From Anthoceros angustus (taxonomy: Eukaryota; Plantae; Anthocerotophyta), in assembly GCA_010909165.1 (NCBI GenBank), contig MU008164.1, positions 1,550,001 to 1,614,000 on the forward strand: a DNA stretch of 64,000 nucleotides, given 5' to 3'. Each line of letters opens with the position of its first letter. Position 1 is the first letter of the stretch. Made by a program: the position numbers and the translations under genes. Shown here piece after piece: positions 36,652 through 50,196 of the stretch. The notes beneath the pieces were generated by a model. That model was not told where the DNA came from and did no database searches. It saw nothing but the letters and a program-made list of their open reading frames with translations.

Positions 36652-37395
36652 TCACCACCGACGCCATAAAATGGAGGGTCCGAGAGAGAGTCCAAAATTA
36701 CAGGTAGCCAAGCGCTGATAGAGGAGACAAGATACCCGCGTATCCAGCTTCTCCACACACACCAGAAATCCCCATGTACAGCACGGCACAAAGAATTGAG
36801 ATTGCAAAAGGTTTGCTTCTTTTCTTTGAAGATATGCTTGTGCTCGTACAGCTTGACAGTTGCTGTTGCCCCAATCTGCCAAATAGGAGAACCAGTACAG
36901 TATGTGAGGATGCGATCGAGGGCACAAATTGAGCCGGAGGACTTATCAGGAGCAGATAGTCTAGTCATTCCTGGAGTACGTACTAAGGTAGAACACAGCA
37001 CATCATCATGTGACAACCTTACCAAGCCATACGCTATACAAGACGCTGCTGCAGCATCCCGCTGAAGAAGTGCACACTTTAAAGCTACAGCAGCTCCTTC
37101 ATCTCGTGAGAGGATTTTCTTCTCCTCAGCTGCATCCATGTGCTTGTCATAGACCACCTCTGTTCACCATTCTGAAGAGAGCCCTTGAACTCGGTGAATA
37201 ATTTTGGCCGGCCTTGCTGCTGGAGCCTTTGAACTCGAGAAGCGCAATGTCATGCAGTAGCTGCATTCTTGTGCGATCTGCAGGACTGGACCCGCTTCCT
37301 GGTCTTATCTGTGCTAGGCTCATACTAGGGACTTGAAGAGAATCTGCCTGCAAGTTTGCCGCTGTCATGCACAATCTGCTGCATTCAACAGCCTA
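36652..37395 (-). pseudogene. Duplicated 3' portion of the LptF/G-like gene
   Basis: Near-identical to 40900-41650 but has no 5' exons. Confidence 0.8.
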
Positions 37396-40300
37396 CATAT
37401 AGTTATTTTACTTTTAAATATTCAGAGAATGTCGGACGAGGATCTGGTTGGATCATCGAAACTATGAGCCAACCTTTGCATGGACTTTGCAATTGAAAAT
37501 TTGGTTTTATTCTTGGATACATGTATGTCTTTAAAGTTAGTAGTGATGAGAGTGGTCGAGATTTTAGCCGAAAAAGGGGTAAAAGAAACCTTTTCTAATA
37601 CAAAAATAACTTGGGAGTGATAGATGGAGGGGCTCAAAGAGATATTTGTGCCAACATCGGGAGATCTTGACTTCTTTGACGCCGTGATAAGTAGGTTTTT
37701 CACATCCACATCCCATGAAGGTCTAGTTTTGAAATGTGTGATGGTGGGGGCTAGTCCCTCTGGCATGGTGCCCTTCATTGGGTTTTTCCTCCTTTGTTTT
37801 TGGGGTGGATGGGTTTTTTCCATCTCTTTTTTATAATAAAGTCTTCATTTTCTCCAATGGCATCCAATGTGTAATAATTTTTGAATTAATATTTAAAAGA
37901 TTCATGTAACATAAGGGTGTAAGCATGCTTTGGTGTTATATAATAGCACCAGAGAGTCTAGAATACTTTGTTTCTTTCACAGCGCCCCCACTATGACATC
38001 TCTAGCCCTTTAAGCTCCTTAGTTGTTGTGCTCGTTCCTCCGCTCTGATGGTAGTTGCACAAACTCCTTCCATCTTGCACCCAATAAGAAGCATGCTCAA
38101 GGCAAAGCATGGTGAACCCACAGCCGCAATGAGAGCTTTGATGCACCGCAATGAGAGCTTGTTCGGCGCATCCGCAATGAGAGCTTGTTTGACGATAGCG
38201 CGTAATGAGAAGCGAGCTCGATGTATAACCACAAGAAGAAGCTTGCTCAATGCACAACCGCGATAGATTGCCCTATGAGCCTGATATAACAGACTTAATT
38301 AGCTAATTATCGTCAGGGGTAGCAAAGACCCATATTGTGGCATCTTCAATGTAATTGTAGCAGCTTAGTGGCGGGAACATAGGGGCGGCCTGCTAGAAAC
38401 AACTGAATTAGTGGTGACATTTTGGAACTACATTTCACTATAGACAACGTAAGTGTGAAGCTAATATTTGTCATGGTTTATATCGTATCTGCCTCTACTG
38501 CATAGCTCAATTTTAACTTCATGTGTGGCTGGTTTTAATAAAAACCCTAGGAGGGCTTGTTAATATATGCCTTCTTGCCCATGCCAGCCAGATGAAGTGT
38601 GGGATATAGTGGTCACAGGGTTATTTTTTTGGAATGTTTGAGCTCCACATGTCAGCAAGCATTGATTCAAATATCATTGTTGCTCTTGATTTCTTCTATG
38701 AAGAAGAAAGCAACAAGGAAGCCTACCAAGAAATGAAAGTTTGCTTGGATAGTACAACGACATTAAGGATATCATGACCAACAATCTATGGTGTCATGTT
38801 TTGATAAAATGTTTTAACGCCTCTGGTTTGTTGAAGTATATTTGATATACGGTGAAGTAGGTCCACGCTTTTCATTTCGATACTTGATTTTGCAAAGTTG
38901 TTCTTGTTGAGGTGAAAGTTGCCATGGCCCTTTGTCATCACACGGACATAAGCTTCAAACTATTGGTGATATCTTTGGATGCGTGTATTTATCGTTGGTT
39001 TGACAAAACATGCTTTTTTGTGATGTTCTTGTCACTAAAGTGCATGCATTGTATGTTTCTTGGCGAGGAGAAGACAAGTTGTTGAAATACTCTCAAGAAT
39101 TTGAGGTGCTATAGGGCATTCCGTATGTGGTTGGAACTAGTGGATGGCTCCACATCCCTATTTTGGGACCCTCAAGAAGAAGAAGAAGAAGAATTTTATT
39201 TAAGTGCACTAAGGACAATTTCCATCATGGGACTTGGTACTTAACAACTTGCACCATGGTGTGCCTAAGCTACTTGCACCAAGGGCATCCACTCCTTTAG
39301 GCACCCCATCTAAGTACCGATCTAAGCTCAGATGCTTAATCACTCGTTCTTATAAATGTGTGTCCATTTGGCTAAGCCATTTGAAGCCAAGGCGATTATT
39401 ACAATCGCAAAGGATTCTACTCACAACCGCTCCAAGTTACAATGAAATTGCTTAATATAGGATTACGATTTTGGTTGGACAGGTAGCCTTAATGACTGGA
39501 ACTTGTTCTAGAGAACAAAGCTTGGCCAAAACTGTGCGAGTGGCAAGCTTGGACATTATTGCATTGTGGGAGATGCAAGATATTGGCCAAGGGTATACAT
39601 GTTGATACCATACCGATGGTCATGTGACGGTTTGTTAGCTATGCAATCGTACTGGACTTATGTGCACAGTAACACTCGTATGGTAGAGGAGCGTGCATAT
39701 GCTGCAACCTTGCTCCATATGTCATTGCGGCCATTGCGGCAAGAATTGGAGCAAGGTTCACGCATTGGCAAGAATTGGAGCAAGGTTCATGCATTGGCAA
39801 GAATTAACATTGCGGCCATATGCCACGATTTCGACAAATCCTCAAAAGCATGCAGGCAAAAGTGGAAGACCATTTATAACAATTACAAAGTGGAATTCAC
39901 ATATGGAGCAAGGTTGCATGCCTTCCATATGTCTTTTTGCACGCGATTGTGGCCTATCAGTGCTCTTTTGCCAAATTGTTCACTTGTTGCCAGCATTTGC
40001 CCGATGTCTCGTGCTCCCTTGGTACCGTTGATTGTCTACGTTCTCGTCCGCCAATGTGATGTTTGCTATAGCATTCACCTTGATGGTCTCCACCACTTCA
40101 TACACAATACCATCCCCGCTCCTACCAACATCGCTGTCGCAACTCACAGAACACAAAGTGCCTACCCTTCTCGTAATGCATGTTTATCATGACTGCTTTG
40201 CATGGCTTTTATTATTGGTACGGTTCGGCAAAGGTCAAACACCACTGGCCCTCGAGGGTAGGTGGTGCTCTGACACCACTGCCACATCCACATTGGCGCC

Positions 40301-40899
40301 ACGGTGGTGCAACCATCCCAGAACCACCGGCGAGTGTTAAATACCTACGAAGGTGTGTGCCAATAAGAAAGCGCCATGTTGCCACCGGCGTTGTGATGTA
40401 AAACCACCCTCACTCCGCTCATGCTTGCGCGATCAACTTTGGCATAATTTGTTGGGCGTTGATGAGGCTATGAGCTTGAGAAAGCCAATCCCCAACTTAT
40501 GCTGCGAAAGAGAAACAACGGACCTCATGGAAGAAAGGGCTCCAACTTCGTTCTCCACCAAAGTCCCTACTCCAATCCCAATATGTTCCAGTAATTTATT
40601 CAATAAATATAAATAGCCTAGTGTATAAAATGCTCGTAAAGTAGGTACTTATTTATTGAACTTACGTGGACCAGCGGTTCATGACGGCGGGGAGCTTTAT
40701 AATTTTTGTAACATAGGATTTGACATCGTCAAAGTGACCTTTTTTATCTACCTGATGACTGGGCAGTGTCAAAGTTTTTTGACGGCGGAAGAAGGAAGTC
40801 GATTGCCATGGGTAAAAGGAAGAGTGACATATAAGACAGCATACATGTCTCTCGTGTCTACAGCTCCACGTCGAGAGCACACAGACTGCGGGGAAAAAA

Positions 40900-43087
40900 T
40901 CACCACCGACGCCATAAAATGGAGGGTCCGAGAGAGAGTCCAAAAATTACAGGTAGCCAAGCGCTGATAGAGGGAGACAAGATACCCGCGTATCCAGCTT
41001 CTCCACACACACCAGAAATCCCCATGTACAGCACGGCACAAAGAATTGAGATTGCAAAAGGTTTGCTTCTTTTCTTTGAAGATATGCTTGTGCTCGTACA
41101 GCTTGACAGCGTTGCTGTTGCCCCAATCTGCCAAATAGGAGAACCAGTACAGTATGTGAGGATGCGATCGAGGGCACAAATTGAGCCGGAGGACTTATCA
41201 GGAGCAGATAGTCTAGTCATTCCTGGAGTACGTACTAAGGTAGAACACAGCACATCATCATGTGACAACCTTACCAAGCCATACGCTATACAAGACGCTG
41301 CTGCAGCATCCCGCTGAAGAAGTGCACACTTTAAAGCTACAGCAGCTCCTTCATCTCGTGAGAGGATTTTCTTCTCCCTCAGCTGCATCCATGTGCTTGT
41401 CATAGACCACCTCTGTTCACCATTCTGAAGAGAGCCCCTTGAACTCGGTGAATAATTTTGGCCGGCCTTGCTGCTGGAGCCTTTGAACTCGAGAAGCGCA
41501 ATGTCATGCAGTAGCTGCATTCTTGTGCGATCTGCAGGACTGGACCCGCTTCCTGGTCTTATCTGTGCTAGGCTCATACTAGGGACTTGAAGAGAATCTG
41601 CCTGCAAGTTTGCCGCTGTCATGCACAATCTGCTGCATTCAACAGCCTACACTAAACTGGATGAGATGCTTTACCTGCAGAATGGGGCAAGTGGAAGGAT
41701 GTTGAGATAATTCGAGAACTGCAGCCTTGCGGAGTTCAAACGCACCCTCATGTGGTTTCCATTCACAGTCCTCAGCAAGAACCACCTACAGCAGGGAAAG
41801 TAGCATTTGTGACTCATGAAGAGTAAGGGCTTGGCAAAGATGAGAATCAAACCGCTAGCACATGGAAATTCTGACAACATACATGCTCAACTTGGCCGCT
41901 AGATGACAGATCTAAAAGCATAAGGCCCGACATATGGGCTCCTTCCATCTTCTGGGCATACCAGATCTGCTGCAAAACTCTCTTACTCGTCAATCTGGCA
42001 GGCTCATGCTCCCTGCTTTCAATCACAACTGCCGTGCCTGCACAGGGTCACATATTGTCCGTAGCAGACGAGGACACCATAACCAAGTACAAAAAATGAA
42101 CAACTCCTTGACTGACGCAGACCATAACGAGGATAAATAATGTCTTCATTTTGCCGTAGGCTCTGTATGTGCGTTGTGAGAGCCACTTCGACCATCTTGC
42201 GAGCACTGGATGAAGCATGGTCACCATTCAGACACCAGAGCACCTTGCTAAATGTTGCTCAAACCGGAGTCCAAGGCACACAGCAACTTACTGGGAGCTA
42301 CACAATGGCACAAGGAAGTCATTGCAGGCAAGCTTCAGCAAAACAGCTGCCCCACAAAGACAGGCAGGAGCTATCAGCATCCGCCACATCGGAACCCCTG
42401 CAGCTAACAGCGCGACGATTTCGTTGTCAGCCTGCCACACCAAAGTCCGTCATCCATCAACCTCTGCCAACGCCACCCACCGACAGGATGGATGTATTCA
42501 GACGGACATTTGTCACCACCTTCAAACGCCCGAGCCCAAACAGGGTTGCAGCCATGCAAGCCATGGGCATCATCTGAGACGCGAAAAACGGGAGCTGCAG
42601 CGTTGCAGCACCCAGTGCCACACCCAATGGCAAACCTGCTACCACCATGGCCATCTCAGCAATCCACTAGAAAATCAGTAGCAAGATGAGTGCAAAGCTT
42701 AACACACCAAACCACACCTGATGCCACAACCTCCCTCACAAGGCCTACAAGAGCTCCCAGTGACAGCCCCAAAGTCGTCCCCACACCCAACGCAATAACA
42801 AATGGCGGCACCATCTCCCTGAACAAGTAGCCATCTAGCAGAGGCAATCTCCCTCCGCCCTTGAATCCACCCCATCTTCCACTAGACGCCACAAGCCCAG
42901 TGCCTGGCCGGCCCCTTCCCATGCAAAGCGACAAGTGTGAACTCCATGTGGCAGGTACAGGACGCCACTCTACACCACCCGGTCTCCCAATGCTACACCC
43001 TTTTCCCCAGCTGGAAACCTGCTTCGCAAGCACAGCAAGATGCTGGGGCTGCGAACACACAAGGTGCAGACTCATCCCGCCCCTCAT
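40900..43087 (-). CDS. LptF/LptG (YjgP/YjgQ)-family permease-like protein with N-terminal extension; multi-exon
   Basis: Spliced peptides LLDGYLFREMVPPFVIALG, GLPLGVALGAATLQLPFF..MPMACMAATLFGLGRLK/ADNEIVALLAAGVPMWRM, IIYPRY, QIWYAQKMEGAHMSGLMLLD and the C-terminal ILSP..AWLP. GT-AG introns (e.g. 42717-42636). Confidence 0.8.
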
Positions 43088-43567
43088 CCATCTGCCAACT
43101 CGTCACACACTACGAGGCTACGTGGGAGGGCTTTGAAAGGGAGGACAAGGTCCTCTGTCTTGCCCAATTCTGGTACAACATGGTGCGTTCGCAACATCCT
43201 TAACCAAAACGTGACTTGTGCAACGCCTCTGTATTTTTCCCCTCTGGGTGTCCTGGTGTTTCTGCTCGCTCCAATCTTGGGGTTCTGCGTGAGATGCTTG
43301 GTGGACGGGATTTAATTCAGAGCTGAGGACATGGTGCAGGAGATGCTGCTAAAAGGCGTTGGGACATTCACCACTTTGATCAGCTGCGGTCATGAAAGGG
43401 ACGCATGGCTGAATTCAAGGCCGGGGAATTGCCGACTCATTCTTCTTTGCATTCGAGCCCTCCGGGTTTGGGCTCATGGGAGCCAGCTTGTATGCTGTTG
43501 TCACAGTACCTGGGCGTCCTGGCATAGTCTGTTGTTAGACTCGTCTTCCGACAGCGGTCCCTGAACG

Positions 43568-46411
43568 ATGGCCACAGTATGGCAACCGGACCCGTTACAA
43601 ATTGGTGTGTGTACAGGGATCCTACCAGGAGCTCCCGCTTTCCTCACTGTGGGGAGTGAACCCCTGGCAAACAAAGTCTCCAGGCGCAGCAGTGTGAGGA
43701 GCCTAGCGATGGGTGGGAACGGGTTTTCCTACGATGATGGTCGCCAGAGGCAGGAGCACTTGTGGCAACAAGTTTTTCCGGACCCTACCATGTGGTGGGA
43801 CAGCAGACGAGGAAAGAGGAGCTCCCGTTCGCCTGACTTCCGGCGTAAGGAGTCCGGCGAGGTGTTGTGTGTAGACAACATGTTTAAGCCAGCTTGGGTT
43901 GATGACCAGCTCATTTCCTTGGATGTGCAGATGGGTCATGGTGCCTCTCCTTCCAAGTGGAGATCTCCGGATAAGGCTGAACCTGACAGGCGTGAAGGAT
44001 GGGGAATGGACGTCGTAACGGCTGGAACCGTGAGCACGTTATGTCAGCAGGGGAAGCTTTCTGAGGCCGTTGGAGCCCTGGAATCTCTGGCGCAGACAGA
44101 CTCTGCTATTTCTCAGTCTCTGTTTTACACCGTGCTGAAATTGTGTACAGCTAAGAAGGATTTGGTTGTGGGGCGACGAGTTCACGATCTCACTGTTAAA
44201 CTTGGGTACGATTCAAATGCATTCTTGGGGAACCATATCTTGCGCATGTATGCATGTGGAGGTAGGCTAGAAGAGGCCATGGATGTGTTCACCAAGGTGG
44301 GCAAACCAAATGCCTTCATTTGGGTTTCCATAATCTCTGCACATGCTAAGCATGGGAGACCTAATGAGGCCATACAACTGTACCATGAGATGCGTAGGTC
44401 AGGACTGGAGGTGGATGCTCATGTGTTTGTAGCTGCCCTTCAAGCTTGTGCATTTGCTGCCGACTTGGAATCTGGCAGAAAAGTGCACTGTGATGTTGCA
44501 CAGTGGCATTCTAACTTGTTTGTTGGCACTGCCTGGTGGACATGTATGCAAAATGTGGAACTGAAAGATGCACGCCAGGTTTTTGACAGCATGGCCACAA
44601 AGGATGTGGTGACATGGAATGCCCTGATTGCTGGGTATGCACAGGGTTCAGCCAAGACGCGCTTGTTCTGTATGGACAAATGGAGCAGGAGGGCTGATTT
44701 TGGCTGACCATGTTTTTGCTTGCCTTCTGAAGGCCTGTGCACTGGTGCCTTACAGAAGGGCAGGCAGCTGCACTCACAGATTGGAAAGAGGACTGCTGGA
44801 TGACATGTTGGGCAACTGCCTGGTGGACATGTATGCAAAATGTGGTGAACTGAAGATGCACGCCAGGTTTTTGACAGCTTGGCCAAAGGATGTGGTGACA
44901 TGGAATGCCCTGATTGCTGGGTATGCACAGCAAGGACTCGCCAAGAGGCACTTGTTGTATACGGACAAATGGAGCAGGAGGGCCTGATTTTGGCTAACCA
45001 TATTACTTTTGCTTGCCTTCTGAAGGCCTGTGCAAGCACTGGTGCCTTACAGAAGGGCAGGCAGCTGCACTCATTGTTGAAAGAGGACTGCTGGATGACG
45101 TAGTGGGGCACCTGCCTGGTGGACATGTATGCAAAATGTGGTGAACTGGAAGATGCACGCCAGGTTTTTGACAGCTTGGCCACAAAGGATGTGGTGACAT
45201 GGACGGCACTGATTGCTGGGTACGCACAGCAAGGACTTGGCCATGAGGCGCTTGTGCTGTATGGACAAATGGAGGAGGAGGGCCTCATTTTGGCTGACGA
45301 TGTTACATTTGCTTGCCTTCTAAACGCCTGTGCAAGCACTGGTGCTTTACAAAAGGGCAGGCAGCTGCACTCGCAGATTGTCAAAAGAGGACTGCTGGAT
45401 CACGTAGTGGTGGGCACCTGCCTGGTGGACATGTATGCAAAATGTGGAGAACTTGAAGATGCACGCCGGGTCTTTGACAGCTTGGCCACAAAGAATCTGG
45501 TGACATGGAATGCCCTGATATCTGGGTATGGTACTTGTGATGATGGTCACAGAGCACTAGCTTGTTTTGAGGAGATGTTAGTTGCCGGTATTCAACCCAA
45601 TTGTGTTACTTTTACTTGCATTCTAGTAGCGTGCAGTCATGCGGGACTGGTTCAGGAGGGTCGCAAGCACTTTGATTCCATGGCTGAACAACATGCCGTC
45701 AAACCCACTATTGAGCATTACGTTTGCATGATTGATCTTCTTGGGCGTGCAGGCCATTTAGATGAGGCAGAGAAGATGCTATTATCATGTGAGGGCCAAA
45801 GTAATGTTGTGGGCTTGACATCTTTCTTAAATGCCTGCAAAAGTCACGGGGATTTAGAGAGGGCGACGTGGTGTTTTGAAAGGATTGTTAGGCTGGACCC
45901 TCAGGGGGCATCAGCGTATGTGCTCATGGCCAATGCCTATGCAGATGCAGGTAGGTGGATCGATGTAGACAGGATTGAAACACTGAGAATGTTAGCAGGA
46001 GCTAACAAGAAGCCTGCAGTGGCGACCATTGAGGTGAATAAGCAGGTACACAGATTTCTGGTGGGAGAAAGGAGAGAGGATATTGCTCTTAAGGTAGAGA
46101 GCACGAATGCACGTATGAAGCAGGAAGGAGGCCACGTGCCTCAAACAAAGCTGGTATTGAAGCCAGTCTGTGAGAAGGAAAAGGAAGATGCGCTTTGTGG
46201 GCATGCTGAGAAGCTAGCTCTGGCGTTTGGTCTCTTGCACACTCCAAGTGGGACACCTCTAGTAGTAACGAAGAATCTGCGCATGTGCAGTGACTGCCAC
46301 AGTTCCACCGAGATCATGTCAAGGCTTGAACACAGAGTCATTGTTGTAAGGGATGGGTACCGTGTGCATCGATTCGCAGCTGGTTGTTGCAGTTGTAAGG
46401 GTCGACCCTAA
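43568..46411 (+). CDS. PDF-motif + PLS-PPR + E + DYW:KP(GRP) protein, copy A (frameshifts at ~44.5-45.1 kb)
   Basis: QEHLWQQVFPDPTMWWDSRRGKRSSRSPDFRRKESGEVL then PLS repeats, KKPAVATIEV, GHAEKLA, CSDCH, CSCKGRP. Indels in the middle may be sequencing errors. Confidence 0.8.
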
Positions 46412-46719
46412 GGCTGAGAATAATGAACTATCTAGCCAGTGCGATCTTGCTGGGTTACGGAGTCGGAATGACACCCGGAATGACCAGGGAGGAACATGTC
46501 CTTAGAAACAAACGGGAATCCTTTTTTCTTTTCTTTTGTAAAATTTTGGGTCACTCTAAATGTTGAAAACAGAAAAAATGGCACCATTCCTGTTGTCATC
46601 GAACAACTGTGTTTCCAGACTGTGGTCTGTCGGACAACAATGAGTATCCTTTTTTCACTTGTCAGCAATCCGCTGGGTACATAATCCTGAGGAAATTTCT
46701 TTTGCCTCACATGTTTCCA

Positions 46720-48243
46720 AGTGGAGGTAGGCTAGAGGCCATGGATGTGTTCACCAGATGGGCAAACCAGATGCCTTCATGTGGTCTTCCATAATCTCAC
46801 ATGCTAAGCATGGGAAACCTAATGAGGCCATACAACTGTACCATGAGATGCGTAGGTCAGGAGTGAGGCGGATGCTCACGTCTTTGTAGCTGCCCTTCAA
46901 GCTTGTGCTGCCGACTTGGAATCTGGCAGAAAAGTGCACTGTGATGTGTTGCAGAGTGGCATTCCTACTAACTTGTTTGTTGGCACCTGCCTGGTGGACA
47001 TGTATGCAAAATGTGGCAGAACTGAAAGATGCACGCCAGGTTTTTGACAGCATGGCCACAAAATGTGGTGACATGGAATGCCCTGATTGCTGGGTATGCA
47101 CAGCAAGGACTTCCAAGAGGCGCTTGTGTATGGACAAATGGAGGAGGGCCTCATTTTGGCTGACGATGTTACTTTGCTTGCCTTCTAAGGCCTGTGCAAG
47201 CACTGGTGCCTTACAGAAGGGCAGGCAGCTGCACTCAGATTGTCAAGAGGACTGCTGGATAACGTAGTGGTGGGCACCTGGTGGACATGTATGCAAAATG
47301 GGCAAGATGCACGCCAGGTTTTTGACAGCATGGCCACAAAGGATGTGGTGACATGGAATGCCCTGATATCTGGGTATGGTACTTGTGATGATGGTCACAG
47401 GCACTAGCTTGTTTTGAGGAGATGTTAGTTGCCGGTATTCAGCCTAATGATGCTACTTTTACTTGCCTTCTAGTAGCATGCAGTCATGCGGGACTGGTTC
47501 AGGAGGGTCGCAAGCACTTTGATTCCATGGCTGAACAACATGCCGTCAAACCCACTATTGAGCATTACGTTTGCATGATTGATCTTCTTGGGCGTGCAGG
47601 CCATTTAGATGAGGCTGAGAACTTGCTCTTATCATGTGAGGGCCAAAGTAATGTTGTGGGCTTGACATCTTTCTTAAATGCCTGCAAAAGTCACGGGGAT
47701 TTAGAGAGGGCGACGTGGTGTTTTGAAAGGATTGTTAGGCTGGACCCTCAGGGGCATCTGCGTATGTGCTCATGGCCAATGCCTGCAGATGCAGGTAGGT
47801 GGACCGATGTAGACAGGATTGAAACACAGAATGGTAGGAGCTAACAAGAAACCTGCAGTGGCGACCATTGAGGTGAATAAGCAGGTACATAGATTCTGGT
47901 GGGAGAAAGAGAGGATATTGCGCTTAAGGTAGAGAGCACGAATGCACGTCTGAAGCAGGAAGGAGGCCACGTACCTCACACAAAGTTGGTGTTGAAGCCA
48001 CTGTCTGAGAAGGAAAAGGAAGATGCGCTTTGCGGGCATGCCGAGAAGTTAGCTCTGGCTTTTGGTCTCTTGAACACTCCGAGTGGGACACCTCTGGTGG
48101 TAACGAAGAATCTACGCATGTGCAGTGACTGCCACAGTTCCACGGAGATCATGTCAAGGCTTGAACAGAGAGACATTGTTGTAAGGGATGGGTACCGTGT
48201 GCATCGATTCGCAGCTGGTTGTTGCAGTTGTGGTCGACCGTGA
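46720..48243 (+). pseudogene. PPR-DYW:KP(GRP) copy B, 5'-truncated and frameshifted
   Basis: Begins inside the first S motif; ends CSCGRP. Confidence 0.75.
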
Positions 48244-48649
48244 GAATGAACTATCTAGCCAGTGCGATCTTGCTGGGTTACGGAGTCGGAATGACACCCG
48301 GAATGACCAGGGAGGAACATGTCCTTAGAAACAAACGGGAATTTTTCTTTTGTAAAAGGTCACCTAAATGTTGAAAACAGATGGCTCCATTCTGTGTCAT
48401 CGAACAACTGTGTTTCCAAGACTGTGTCTCTCGGATGAATCGGAATCCTGCTCTTGGGATCGTTGGCTTGGAACCGCTGGGTGAGCATGAGATCCTGCTT
48501 CAAACTGTGGAACCAGTTCTACGATGTTTGCCAGTGGTGCAGCCGTGATCCGCCTCACGCACAATTTCAGCGTGTATGTGACCGGCTCAATTTGGCGCTG
48601 ACGATAGTTGAGCTCATTCGCTCCCTGGCAGCTCCGGGGGAACGTCTAC

Positions 48650-49818
48650 AACAACCTGCAAGGCTCACCTGTGCCGTCAGCAGTGTGAGCCCAGCACTTC
48701 CGAGAAATGTGTGGTGGGGGACGGGTTTCGATGGTCGTCGCCAGGAGCAGGAGCACTTGTGGCAACAATTTTTCTGGACCCTACCATGTGGTGGGACAAC
48801 AGACGAGATAAAAGAGCTCCCGTTCGCCTGACTTCCGGCGTAAGGGGTCCGGCGAGGTCTGTGGTTAAACAGCATGTTAAGCCAGCTTGGGTTGATGAGC
48901 AGCTCGTCTTGGATCTGGAGATGGCGTGCAGGATCGGAAATGGGCGTTAACGGCTGGAACCGTGAGCATGTTATGTCAGCAGGGAAGCTTTCTGAGGCCG
49001 TTGGAGCCCTGGAATCTCTGGCGCAGACAGACTCTGCTATTTCAGTCTCTGTTTTGCTGTGCTGAAACTGTGTACAGCTAAGAAGGATTTGGTTGTGGGG
49101 CGACGAGTTCATGATCTCACTGTCAAACTTGGGTACGAGTCGAGTGCATACTTGGGGAACCATATCTTGCGCATGTATGCATGTGGAGGTAGGCTAGAGG
49201 AGGCAGAGAAGATGCTATCATGTGAGGGCCAAAGTAATGTTGTGGGCTTGACATCTTTGTTGAATGCCTGCAAAAGTCACGGGGATAGAGAGAGGGCGTG
49301 GTGTTTTGAAAGCATTGTTAGGCTGGACCCTCAGGCATCGCGCATGTGCTCATGGCCAATGCCTATGCAGATGCAGGTAGGTGGACCGATGTAGACAGGA
49401 TTGAAACACAGAGGGGCAGGAGCTAACAAGAAACCTGCAGTGGCGACCATTGAGGTGAATAAGCAGGTACATAGATTTCTGGGAGAGAAAGGAGAGAGGA
49501 TATTGTTTAAGGTAGAGAGCACGAATGCACGTCTGAAGCAGGAAGGAGGCCACCTCAAACAGTTGGTGTTGAAGCCACTGTGTGAAGGAAAAGGAAGATG
49601 CGCTTTGTGGGCATGCTGAGAAGCTAGCTCGTTTTGGTCTCTTGAACACTCCGAGTGGGACACCTCTGGTGGTAACGAAGAATCTACGCATGTGCAGTGA
49701 CTGCCACAGTTCCACGGAGATCATGTCAAGGCTTGAACACAGAGACATTGTTGTAAGGGATGGGTACCGTGTGCATCGATTCGCAGCTGGTTGTTGCAGT
49801 TGTAAGGGTCGACCGTGA
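48650..49818 (+). pseudogene. Copy C: PDF motif + first PPRs fused directly to S2/E/DYW:KP (internal deletion)
   Basis: YACGGRLEEA/EKMLSCEGQSN junction at ~49200; ends CKGRP; many indels. Confidence 0.7.
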
Positions 49819-50196
49819 GAATGAACATCTAGCCAGTGATCTTGCTAAGTTACGGAGTGGAATGACAGAAATGACAGAGGAACATGTCCTTAGAAACAAC
49901 GGGAATCTTTTCTTTCTTTTGTAAAATTTTGGTCACTCTAATGTTGAAAACAGAAAAATGGCACCATTCTGTCATCGAACAACTGTGTCCAAGACTGGTC
50001 TGTCGGACAATTGAAGAGTATCCTGCTCAGATCGTTGCTTCCACAAGTGAGCATGAGGGTCCCAGAAACTTCGAAGCTGTGGAACCAGTTCTGCTCAATG
50101 GCTGCGAGTGGCAGCAGCCGATCCACCTGCACAATTTCAGCGCAAGGCTGCCCACCGCCAGCAATTTATGCTGACTTGGGAATAGGTTGAGCTCAT

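Larger units (their letters stand above)
33085..41650. repeat. ~4.3-kb tandem duplication (33085-37397 ~ 37395-41650)
   Basis: Colinear identity; the second copy is rich in small indels over its first 3 kb. Confidence 0.92.

Noticed and set aside
40900-43087. Cyanobacterial symbiont contamination as the source of the LptF/G-like gene
   Set aside because: It has GT-AG introns and an N-terminal extension and is contiguous with plant genes.
44440-45384. 314-aa minus-strand repeat ORF and similar antisense ORFs across the PPR genes
   Set aside because: Reverse-frame shadows of PPR repeats.
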